A DNA stretch of 64,000 nt from an uncultured archaeon (GTDB taxonomy: Archaea; Asgardarchaeota; Thorarchaeia; Thorarchaeales; Thorarchaeaceae): NCBI GenBank assembly GCA_964610875.1, contig CAZSWP010000001.1:32001-96000 (forward strand), given 5' to 3'. The notes under the pieces are model-generated. The model ran no database searches and was not told where the DNA came from. It worked only from the letters and a program-made list of their open reading frames with translations. A program made the translations under genes and the position numbers. Of the stretch, positions 30,765 to 39,220 are shown one piece after another (within the stretch, counting starts at the first letter, position 1; every line of letters begins with the position of its first letter).

Positions 30765-31580
30765 ATGAAAAAAGGACTGTTTATAGGAACAAGTGGTTGG
30801 TCTTACAAAGATGATTGGCGTGATGTATTTTATCACTCTCTATCATCTCTGCTAGAACAATACTTGACCTATTTTGATACAGTTGAGATTAACTCTACAT
30901 TCTATGCTCTTCCCCGCAAATCGTTTATCAATCATTTAGTAGAATTACCATATTCCGAGAAATTTTTCTCCGCCAAACTTCCAAAGGTTGTAACACATGA
31001 TAATAGACTAAGGCTCGATGGTGAGGGTGGAACCATATTGGAAACCTACTTCTCTCTTATGAAACCGCTCAAGGAAAAAACTGAGGCGTTACTGATCCAA
31101 CTACCTCCATGGGCTATTTCGACGATGGGTGACTTGGAAAATTTCTTCTCGAACCTGGACTTAAGCTTTAGATATGCCATCGAGTTCAGACACAAAAGTT
31201 GGTTGACAGAAAGAGTCTGGAATCTATTAGAGGACTATGGAATTGCTCATGTGATTGTAGATGAACCAAAATTACCAATTAATACGCGAATAACTACTGA
31301 TTTTGTATACATTCGGTGGCATGGTCATGGTACCAAACCATGGTACAAATACAGATACTCCGAAGAAGAGCTTTTAGAGTGGAAACCGATTCTTGAAGAT
31401 TTAGAAACTAGAAGTGAAACTGTCCTCGGGTATTTCAATAATCACTTCTATGGTTATGCACCATTAAATGGACTTCAAATGTTACAATATATGGGGAAAA
31501 TCAATTCCCATCAGAAAAACAAACTTGAGAGAATGACCGAGTATTTTTCTGTTGAACAGACTACACTATTCGATTTTTAA
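30765..31580 (+). CDS. DUF72 (YecE-like) protein with a C-terminal PIP-box-like motif
   Basis: IGTSGWSY, VEINSTFY, QLPP, EFRH, YIRWHG and YFNNH motifs; ends QTTLFDF. Confidence 0.92.
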   Translation: MKKGLFIGTSGWSYKDDWRDVFYHSLSSLLEQYLTYFDTVEINSTFYALPRKSFINHLVELPYSEKFFSAKLPKVVTHDNRLRLDGEGGTILETYFSLMKPLKEKTEALLIQLPPWAISTMGDLENFFSNLDLSFRYAIEFRHKSWLTERVWNLLEDYGIAHVIVDEPKLPINTRITTDFVYIRWHGHGTKPWYKYRYSEEELLEWKPILEDLETRSETVLGYFNNHFYGYAPLNGLQMLQYMGKINSHQKNKLERMTEYFSVEQTTLFDF

Positions 31581-31733
31581 ATTAGGGAAATGAAAAAGAA
31601 GTTACATGAATCAAATCTGAGGTTGTATTCATTTACGTTCGAGGTAGAATAACGCAATCCCATCTAGAAAATACAGAAAGAAAGCCTAATAAGTAATCTA
31701 AAGTCAGCGTGCCGAAGAAGGTGGAAGGTCACT

Positions 31734-32180
31734 ATGAGCTTCGATATCATTGCAGAACCTGTTGTTAAATCTCCAAAGGATGGTAAACCACGACGCGGAA
31801 GAGGATTTACTAGAAAAGAATTAGAAAATGCAGGACTTACGGTAGAAGATGCCAGAAATATGGGTCTAATTGTTGACCTTCGTCGCAGAACCACGTATGA
31901 GCAGAATGTTGAGATCCTTAAAGAATACATCCAAGATATGGAAGACATTGTGTCTGCTCTTGCAGCTGAAGAAACCTCCACTGTCGATGTTTCATTAGCA
32001 ATAGATGAGCTTTCATCCCTTAAAGCGGTGAGTGTTGAAAATGCCAAGTTATTGGTAGAAGCTGGAATCCTAAGTGTATCCGATTTGGCTTATTGCGAAA
32101 TCGATAAGGTAGCTAACAAAACAGGTATTGATGAAGAGAAACTAACCAAAATGGTGAAAGCCGCTCTAAATAAGGTATAA
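31734..32180 (+). CDS. rpl13e: Ribosomal protein eL13 fused to a C-terminal helix-hairpin-helix domain
   Basis: RGRGFTRKELENAGL...VDLRRRT...NVEIL; tail AKLLVEAGILSVSDLA...KTGI. Confidence 0.9.
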   Translation: MSFDIIAEPVVKSPKDGKPRRGRGFTRKELENAGLTVEDARNMGLIVDLRRRTTYEQNVEILKEYIQDMEDIVSALAAEETSTVDVSLAIDELSSLKAVSVENAKLLVEAGILSVSDLAYCEIDKVANKTGIDEEKLTKMVKAALNKV

Positions 32181-32185
32181 ATCAA

Positions 32186-33307
32186 ATGTTCATGGGAGTT
32201 ATTCCCATGGACTATTCAAGTTTAATACAAGAACTGAAAAAGACACCAGTTCTAGACACACCGGTTATTCTTCCAGACTTCTTTCTAGATCATTTTGTAA
32301 TAGCCGGAGAGTTTAATGAATTCATTCAGGGGCTCAAAGAACTTGCAGAACAGGGTGGGGGTAATCTTCTTGGCAATACACAACTAGTGCGTCGTGGTGG
32401 CAACTCGGTTAATACGGCCTGTGCTCTAAAGGCTCTAGATGCTAATCCTTGTATTATTATCACAACAGACGAACAAGGTCTAGCTTTGATGAAAGGTCTA
32501 GCACCTGAATTGGACTTCTCTTATGTTCATCTTGAAGGAAATCTCTCCGCAACTGTTTCAATTGAAGTGACGTATGATGGACGTAGAGTGAACTTGATGA
32601 TCAGTGATAGCGGTTCTGCATCTGATTTTGGATTTAATGATTTAACTAAAAGTGACCTAGAATTGATAAAACAAAGTGGACTTGTTTCATTATTGAATTT
32701 GAATCATAATAGGCGCGCAGTGGAACTATCAAGTGAATTGTTCTCTTTTGTCAAAAGCGAAACCTCCGCAATTACCTTCACAGATATTGGTGACCCATCA
32801 AATAACCCTGAAATCATTGAACCATTAGCAAAAAAAGTAGTATCAGAAGGTCTTGTTGACTATCTTGGTGTGAATGAGAACGAGGCTGCATGGTTCGCAT
32901 GGGCTTTGGATGGAAGAAACGGGAAGTGGCGTGAAGCACTAAAAGACCCTACTAAATGGCTGTCTGCAGCTAGATATCTTGCTAAAGAAACGGGTGTGTC
33001 TGTGCAACTGCATACACAATACTACACAGGAGTTGTAGAAACCGATGATGTGTTGTGTGTTCCTACATTCGATGTGCCATCTGATTTATTGTGTGGTGCA
33101 GGTGATGCATGGAATGCAGGGGCGATTTACGGAATCCTATCAGATTTCACAAAACATGAACGGTTAGTTCTTTCAAATGCAATATCTGCACTTTATGTTT
33201 CATCAAAGGATGCAACACATCCCACTAAATCTCAGATTATTGAGTTTTTGGAATCCAATCCTTTACTTTCAGAAGAAGGCAAAAAGTTACTTAAGCCTGA
33301 ATGTTGA
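32186..33307 (+). CDS. PfkB/ribokinase family kinase
   Basis: GGNSVNTA, NENEA and CGAGDAWNAG motifs. Confidence 0.85.
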   Translation: MFMGVIPMDYSSLIQELKKTPVLDTPVILPDFFLDHFVIAGEFNEFIQGLKELAEQGGGNLLGNTQLVRRGGNSVNTACALKALDANPCIIITTDEQGLALMKGLAPELDFSYVHLEGNLSATVSIEVTYDGRRVNLMISDSGSASDFGFNDLTKSDLELIKQSGLVSLLNLNHNRRAVELSSELFSFVKSETSAITFTDIGDPSNNPEIIEPLAKKVVSEGLVDYLGVNENEAAWFAWALDGRNGKWREALKDPTKWLSAARYLAKETGVSVQLHTQYYTGVVETDDVLCVPTFDVPSDLLCGAGDAWNAGAIYGILSDFTKHERLVLSNAISALYVSSKDATHPTKSQIIEFLESNPLLSEEGKKLLKPEC

Positions 33308-33347
33308 TTCAAAGTTGGTATTCGCTTCTTAAAGTAGGGGAAAGTGA

Positions 33348-34256
33348 ATGGAACTAGAGCGCGTCTTGACAAAATTACGGTATGATGAAAAAGTCATAGG
33401 TTATGCTCTCGTAACGAATCAAGGCATTCCCTTCCTATCATTTTCACTACCTGATGAAACACTCCCTGCAATTCAGGGGACATTATTTGTTTACAAAGAC
33501 TCGCTAAAACTCATGAATGTGATGACTGGCTCAGGTACAGTGATTCTGGCACGGATTGATCCCAACTGGGTTCTTTCTGTCCTTTTTCATTCTGATGAAT
33601 CATTAGGTTCTGCTCTTCAAAAGACTCAGGATGTAATTGACTTACTCGAAGGGACAGAATTACCTCCTCCGCCAAGTACAAAGCTTGAAACTATGGAATC
33701 GCCTGAAATTCCAGAAGCAACAACTGAATCTATTGAAACTACCGAATCTTCATTGATTCCGATTGCTATTTCTGAGATTGATGTGCGACATGGTTGTATC
33801 GTCCATAAGGGACCATTTTTTTCAGAAACAGGAAAAATTGATTCAACCCTCTACAAAATGCTTGTAGATCAATTCGGGAATGTCGCACTTGATATTCTAA
33901 TGATGGTCGATGATAAGAAAACAGTCTTCAAGCTTGCTGAAACACTTGGAAAACGTGTTGAAATAGCAATTGAAGTAGTCAAATGGAGTGTTTCTCAACA
34001 CATAGTCACAATTGAGTGTCCTGAAGAACAAACACATGGTGCAACTGAAATCGTAGAACTACCCATCTTTGAGGGTGACTTGAAGAAGGCAAAGAAGGAA
34101 CACAGGCTGATCCTTAGTCACTGTGATGGAACAAAGACACTACAAGAGATAGCTGAAGAACTGGGAATCCCGTATTTCAACGCACTGCAGAGTGTGGTAT
34201 CTTACAGAGGAAAGACTCTGAAGTTCATCAAGAAGTCGAAAAAAGTAATGAAATAG
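33348..34256 (+). CDS. Roadblock/longin-like N-domain plus two winged-helix domains (paralog A)
   Basis: VIGYALVTNQGIP roadblock-like start; ELPPPP linker; ILMMVDDKKTVFKLAE and ILSHCDGTKTLQEIAEELG wHTH segments. Confidence 0.65.
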   Translation: MELERVLTKLRYDEKVIGYALVTNQGIPFLSFSLPDETLPAIQGTLFVYKDSLKLMNVMTGSGTVILARIDPNWVLSVLFHSDESLGSALQKTQDVIDLLEGTELPPPPSTKLETMESPEIPEATTESIETTESSLIPIAISEIDVRHGCIVHKGPFFSETGKIDSTLYKMLVDQFGNVALDILMMVDDKKTVFKLAETLGKRVEIAIEVVKWSVSQHIVTIECPEEQTHGATEIVELPIFEGDLKKAKKEHRLILSHCDGTKTLQEIAEELGIPYFNALQSVVSYRGKTLKFIKKSKKVMK

Positions 34257-34267
34257 GTGAAATAAGC

Positions 34268-34774
34268 ATGGGTGTAAAAGGAAAACTAGCTTGGAGTCTA
34301 AAGATCGACAAAGTATCTAAAACTTTATTTCAAGCTACATATCGCGAGCTACAGAATATATTGATGGCCACAAATGACAATGTTGACGAAATAAACCATC
34401 AAATGCAAACGATTGGGTTCAAAGTTGGAGAAACTCTTTTGATGGATTATGCTGACCGCATTAGTCAACATGCTGGTACATTCCAAGAATTCGCAAAAAC
34501 TCTTCAATTAGCATACAAAGTAAATTCTGGTCAAGACTTCACAGATGTATGGATTAGTGACGATGGACAAACTATCAAGTTTACCGACGCAAATTGTGCC
34601 ATTTGTGAGGGTGTGGTTATTACCGATATGCCGGGATTACAATACTGCAACCTCATCAGTGGGGTATTCGATGCTGTAATGAAGCTGAGGGGTTTCAAAG
34701 CTGAAACATACCAAGAATCATGTAAAGCTCTTGGGGACAGCGTTTGTACATGGACTTTACGACAAACAGTATGA
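34268..34774 (+). CDS. Bet3/TRAPPC3-like V4R-fold protein
   Basis: KVSKTLFQATYREL...NHQMQTIGFKVGETLLMDY and LQYCNLISGV match the Bet3 pattern as recalled; ESCKALGDSVC V4R tail. Confidence 0.8.
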   Translation: MGVKGKLAWSLKIDKVSKTLFQATYRELQNILMATNDNVDEINHQMQTIGFKVGETLLMDYADRISQHAGTFQEFAKTLQLAYKVNSGQDFTDVWISDDGQTIKFTDANCAICEGVVITDMPGLQYCNLISGVFDAVMKLRGFKAETYQESCKALGDSVCTWTLRQTV

Positions 34775-34788
34775 AGTAACGATTTGAG

Positions 34789-34808
34789 ATGCCTTACCTG
34801 TAAGGCAT
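34789..34808. repeat. Inverted repeat just downstream of the Bet3-like gene
   Basis: ATGCCTTAC-CT-GTAAGGCAT. Confidence 0.6.
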
Positions 34809-34872
34809 AACCATAAAAACGCTCATTCCTAGTTCAGAGTCAGAAGACATTATTCGTTAAGGATGCGATAAA

Positions 34873-35388
34873 ATGGGTCAGATTCTAGGCACTTTCGTTG
34901 GACTCATCACATCTTTTGTAATCACTTTCATTGTCCTCACATTTGGTCTATCAATTCCAGAAGATGTAATTAGTGGTACAGTTGTGAATGATTTTTTGTC
35001 CCGTTCGGATTTGGAATTGAAACTGACTGTAGTTGGAACCGTCCTCTATGCATCCAGTCTGACTGGCATTAATTTAGGCACTTTTGTGGGATATGGCGCT
35101 AGTGGTAGTACAGTATTGATGTTTCTTGCATGGGGGACTGGTGGTTTAATTGCAGGGTTACTTGCTGGTGATTTCGTAGAGGGTATCTTTGCAGCAGTGT
35201 TTGCAGTAATAGTTGGAGCATTTCTAACATGGTTATTGGTTTTCTTTGTCCAAACAACGGATTTCACAGCAATTCTCGGTACCCAATCTATACTAATTCT
35301 GCAGGTTGTTTTAGAAGGCGCACTCTATCCCGGAATAGCCGCAGTGGTGGGTGGATTACTGGGTGGTGGAATTTCAAGAGACCGTTAG
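34873..35388 (+). CDS. Gly-rich four-TM membrane protein
   Basis: Hydrophobic helices with GxxxG patterns. Confidence 0.7.
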   Translation: MGQILGTFVGLITSFVITFIVLTFGLSIPEDVISGTVVNDFLSRSDLELKLTVVGTVLYASSLTGINLGTFVGYGASGSTVLMFLAWGTGGLIAGLLAGDFVEGIFAAVFAVIVGAFLTWLLVFFVQTTDFTAILGTQSILILQVVLEGALYPGIAAVVGGLLGGGISRDR

Positions 35389-35391
35389 ACT

Positions 35392-35955
35392 TCACGTTTG
35401 ATTGTCTAGAACTCTTCCACACTCAGAACATAATATCGGATTTGATTTGAAAACCGCACCACACTCACATCTAGTTTCAATTTTAGTAATTGTGATAGGT
35501 TCTCCTCGTTCTCTCATCGTTTCAATTAATTTTATTACCGGAGCAGTTGTTATAATTGAGGTTACACTCAGTAGGAGTGACTGAATGAAGATACTTAGAA
35601 GTATCACATTTCGGTCAGCACTGTACCAAAATTGACTGTCTTTCAGCAATAATGATGAAGTTGAAAGAATCGCTAATATTACGCCCGTCCATAAAACCGT
35701 TCTAAAGATATTCCAGAATGACCTTGAAAAGACTCCTAGTATCGGTCCAGCAATTAATAGCGCAAAAATGACTGATATTAGATAGGGGCCATTTGTTAAG
35801 TTAGAAACAGTTTCTGATAGCTTCTCTGCACCATCAAGAATAAACCAAATTGAATCAAAAGGTAGGGGATAAGGAACAATCACCGATTGTAGAAACAGTG
35901 TGATTAGAGAAGCGATAATAAGGGCTCCTAGTAATCCTCCAATTAGATTTCGCAT
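35392..35955 (-). CDS. Four-TM membrane protein with a C-terminal zinc ribbon
   Basis: TM helices followed by CECG...CSECG. Confidence 0.72.
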   Translation of the reverse strand: MRNLIGGLLGALIIASLITLFLQSVIVPYPLPFDSIWFILDGAEKLSETVSNLTNGPYLISVIFALLIAGPILGVFSRSFWNIFRTVLWTGVILAILSTSSLLLKDSQFWYSADRNVILLSIFIQSLLLSVTSIITTAPVIKLIETMRERGEPITITKIETRCECGAVFKSNPILCSECGRVLDNQT

Positions 35956-36184
35956 TATGATGGCTCCTTTTCAGCTATGCATCCGTACTACAAGCACTCT
36001 TAACAGTTATTGATGAAACTAAACATACCCCTTCAGATGTGATCTGTTCAGCATAAGTACCATACGCTCTGAAATTTGCTTCCAAATTTATTGGTGTCAC
36101 CGCAATGCTTTTCAGAATGGCATCGGAAGAAAACATATACGTGTGAGTCTAGTCCGCCGTTTAATGCCGAGAGGTTAATACAAG

Positions 36185-37165
36185 ATGTCCAGTGATTTGG
36201 AACGAGCACTGTCAAAGCTTAGATTTGATGACCAAGTCTTAGGATACTCCCTTATGACAAAAGTTGGTCGTCCGTTTGTGAGTTTCGCATTTCCAGATGC
36301 ACTCTTTCCCCGCGTGAAAGATAGCATCAATTTGTACAAAACGGATTTACGTCTTATGACAATCGATACTGAGAAAGGTCTTGTTGTTCTCTCACCAGTG
36401 GATGATAATTGGATTCTCACGGTTCTTTACGTTCCCGAACTCCAACTTGGTTTGGCAATTGCAAAAACAAAGAATGTACTTCGGCTATTGGAAGGCATCG
36501 AATTACCTCCACCTCCAGATGATTTTGAAGAATCATCTGAAGATAATCTACAGGTCTTGGAGAGTATAGCAATAAAGGCAGCGTCAACATTGGCTGAAGA
36601 GGCTGCAGTAACACCACCACCAGAAGAAGTTAAAGAAGTCACACTGGAAGAAGAAGAAAGGGATCTGTCTCCTGATGATTTTGCAATAGCTCCTTCAACA
36701 GTACCCAAACGTGGCGATACTTACTCTACTGCACTCTCATTGGATTCCGATCTCTATAATCAAATGAAATTGCAGTATCGTAATTTCGGATTTGATGTAT
36801 TGATGCTTGTGAATGGCACATTGGATATCACCAAGATAGCTGATTCTATGTTCCAACCCACAGAACGTGTGATTGAATGTTTGAAATGGGCGGCATCTAA
36901 AGGAATTGTCAGTGTTCCTGTTGCGAAAAAGAGCGAAACTGGTGAAGCTATCGAAGAAAAGGGTATGGGACGTTATGTGAAATGTCCCAAATATGAAGGC
37001 GATTATTCGAAGATTCCTGAGAATGAGGCCAAGATTCTTCGTTTCTGTGATGGCTCTCGTAGTACTAATGAAGTAGCTGAATCTGGTGGCGTTCCAAAAC
37101 CAACTGTGATTAAAATTCTGGCTAAATACCGCAAAGATGTAAAAATGATTGGTAAGACAGTATAA
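36185..37165 (+). CDS. Roadblock/longin-like N-domain plus two winged-helix domains (paralog B)
   Basis: Gap-free manual alignment to 33348..34256 over the first ~109 aa, about 52 identities; VLMLVNGTLDITKIAD and ILRFCDGSRSTNEVAE. Confidence 0.65.
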   Translation: MSSDLERALSKLRFDDQVLGYSLMTKVGRPFVSFAFPDALFPRVKDSINLYKTDLRLMTIDTEKGLVVLSPVDDNWILTVLYVPELQLGLAIAKTKNVLRLLEGIELPPPPDDFEESSEDNLQVLESIAIKAASTLAEEAAVTPPPEEVKEVTLEEEERDLSPDDFAIAPSTVPKRGDTYSTALSLDSDLYNQMKLQYRNFGFDVLMLVNGTLDITKIADSMFQPTERVIECLKWAASKGIVSVPVAKKSETGEAIEEKGMGRYVKCPKYEGDYSKIPENEAKILRFCDGSRSTNEVAESGGVPKPTVIKILAKYRKDVKMIGKTV

Positions 37166-37190
37166 ACAACTATACGGAGTTTCGAAGCAT

Positions 37191-37664
37191 ATGGCAAAAA
37201 CAGAGAATCCCCTACTACTAGCAATTTATTCCTATATTGTCGATGGAGTTCTTGATGAAACTTCCAATGTTGAAGAAGCAAATGAACGATTACGGGACAT
37301 TGGGCGACTATTGGGATCGCAATTATACCTAAATACAGAGATAGCGGATAAGACTAAAGATACTATAACCACTCGTGAGGATGTTTCAAAGCTGGTCGAT
37401 GTGATTTTCAGAGTTCTTCATGATAAACGACCTAGCGATGTTGATATGGACTCTGCACGCGGTTCAATAAGAGTTAGTGATAAGGAATGTGTCTGGTGTC
37501 AAGAAGTATCACTTGAAGGCATGCGTGGTTTCGGATATTGTGAGATATTCAGTGGCATATTGGAATCTATTTTGGAATTCAAGGATGTAGATGCCAAAGT
37601 CTTCCAAGAAATGTCAAAAGCTACTGGTGCAGAAGCATGTATTTGGAACATCAGATTGGGCTAG
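37191..37664 (+). CDS. Second Bet3/TRAPPC3-like V4R-fold protein (start reassigned to 37191)
   Basis: LLLAIYSYIV...NVEEANERLRDIGRLLG; ECVWC, GYCEIFSG and GAEACIW motifs. Confidence 0.75.
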   Translation: MAKTENPLLLAIYSYIVDGVLDETSNVEEANERLRDIGRLLGSQLYLNTEIADKTKDTITTREDVSKLVDVIFRVLHDKRPSDVDMDSARGSIRVSDKECVWCQEVSLEGMRGFGYCEIFSGILESILEFKDVDAKVFQEMSKATGAEACIWNIRLG

Positions 37665-37738
37665 ACAAGTCTTGAGTCTATCAGCACAAAGAACATATCC
37701 TCTTCTGTAGACACGTTCTATTGTTGGAGCGACTCAAC

Positions 37739-38284
37739 ATGTCAAAAGAGGAAGTAATAGAATGGTGGCAAGGAAGGCTCAAAGAACGTCAATTGATGCG
37801 AGCCTTTTTCTCAAAGACTTGGAATAAAATTGGCAGTCGTATTGCTGTTATGTTTCCTGATCGTGTAAGAGACCTCTACTACTCTGCAGGTAGACTTGCT
37901 GGACTTGAAGCGCAAAGAGAGTACTTCAAGATTGGAAAACAAAAACCACCTGGTGATTTCAAAGGTATTATTGAATTCATAAAGATGGCTCTTGAAACGC
38001 TTATCGTACCTTTTGGTGACATAAAGATAGCAAAACTATACAAATTATGGTTAGACGAAGAAGCCATTATAGAAATCCGTGATAATCCGTATGCTTCTGG
38101 GTATGAAGGTGATGATCCTTCGTGCTTCTTCTTGAAAGGTTTTATTGAGTCTGTGCTTGAATATCTTACAGACTTCAACAGAATTGAATATGAGAAATTA
38201 CTTGTAGAAGAAGAAAGCTGTATGTCGACTGGTGCAGAATTTTGTGCTTTCCATATCAAACTTAGCTATCCTCCCAAAGGGTAA
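37739..38284 (+). CDS. V4R domain protein
   Basis: LYYSAGRLAG, NPYASG, SCFFLKG and EESCMSTGAEFCAF motifs. Confidence 0.85.
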   Translation: MSKEEVIEWWQGRLKERQLMRAFFSKTWNKIGSRIAVMFPDRVRDLYYSAGRLAGLEAQREYFKIGKQKPPGDFKGIIEFIKMALETLIVPFGDIKIAKLYKLWLDEEAIIEIRDNPYASGYEGDDPSCFFLKGFIESVLEYLTDFNRIEYEKLLVEEESCMSTGAEFCAFHIKLSYPPKG

Positions 38285-38356
38285 ATCATAGTACAAAATT
38301 ACATCAAACCAAGCGTCTATATATATAGAAGTGTTTCAACAGTACAGTGAAGTGCA

Positions 38357-39106
38357 ATGGGAAGAGTGAGTAAGAGGTTAGTAATGACAGGATTGCTGGC
38401 CCTGATGTTCTCAGGTTTAGTCAGTTATTTCTTAGTTAGTAATGGTTATTCCTCTTCAGAACTCATTATCCCTGACTTATCTGGTGATACAACCTCCATA
38501 AACGGTGCATTGAATGTCACATTATGTTCTTCACCCATGAGTATCGGCACTTCGGTCATTACAATCGCTTGGAATGACCATTGGCTTCCTAGTGGCATAT
38601 TCACTATGGCAATTGGCACTGTGGTTGCTGACCGGAGAAGTGAACAACAACCACTGAAGCTAAAAGAACGAATTTTGATTGCGATTGAAGACAATCCTGG
38701 TGTCCATCTGCGAGAACTTCAAAGAACAGTTGAGTGTGCCATGGGTGCACTCCAGTATCATATAAGGAATCTTGAGAAGAGTGGCATCATCGAAGCCATA
38801 AAAGTTGGCAATTCAAAGCATTTCTTCCTTTCAGGGTTTTCAGATGATGAGAAAGTTCTAGTCCTCAGTGCAGTTGGACGCAATCCAACTGTACAATCAA
38901 TTTTAAGCGAGGTCCTCTCAAAGAATCGAGTGACTCAGGCTGAATTGAGTAGGACACTCTCTTTAGATAAGAGTCTAATTTCCTATTACACAAGTACGCT
39001 CCTTAAGGCTGACATTCTGCGGACCATCAAGGTCTTCGGTCGTGAGCGTCCAATCATGTTGAATGAATGGGCACACAGTGCTATCCTTGAGATGGCAATT
39101 GTGTAG
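38357..39106 (+). CDS. Membrane-anchored double winged-helix (ArsR/MarR-like) regulator
   Basis: N-terminal TM; IEDNPGVHLRELQR...LQYHIRNLEK; TQAELSRTLSLDKSLISYY. Confidence 0.8.
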   Translation: MGRVSKRLVMTGLLALMFSGLVSYFLVSNGYSSSELIIPDLSGDTTSINGALNVTLCSSPMSIGTSVITIAWNDHWLPSGIFTMAIGTVVADRRSEQQPLKLKERILIAIEDNPGVHLRELQRTVECAMGALQYHIRNLEKSGIIEAIKVGNSKHFFLSGFSDDEKVLVLSAVGRNPTVQSILSEVLSKNRVTQAELSRTLSLDKSLISYYTSTLLKADILRTIKVFGRERPIMLNEWAHSAILEMAIV

Positions 39107-39220
39107 GAATTAGTTGAGGTGTCGTACCCCTATCCTTATCTTTTATTCTGGTTGCTTTGATTATCCAAGAGCCAATAGGATGTCCGACACCTCGTATAGT
39201 GATATTGAAAAATTTGGGGT

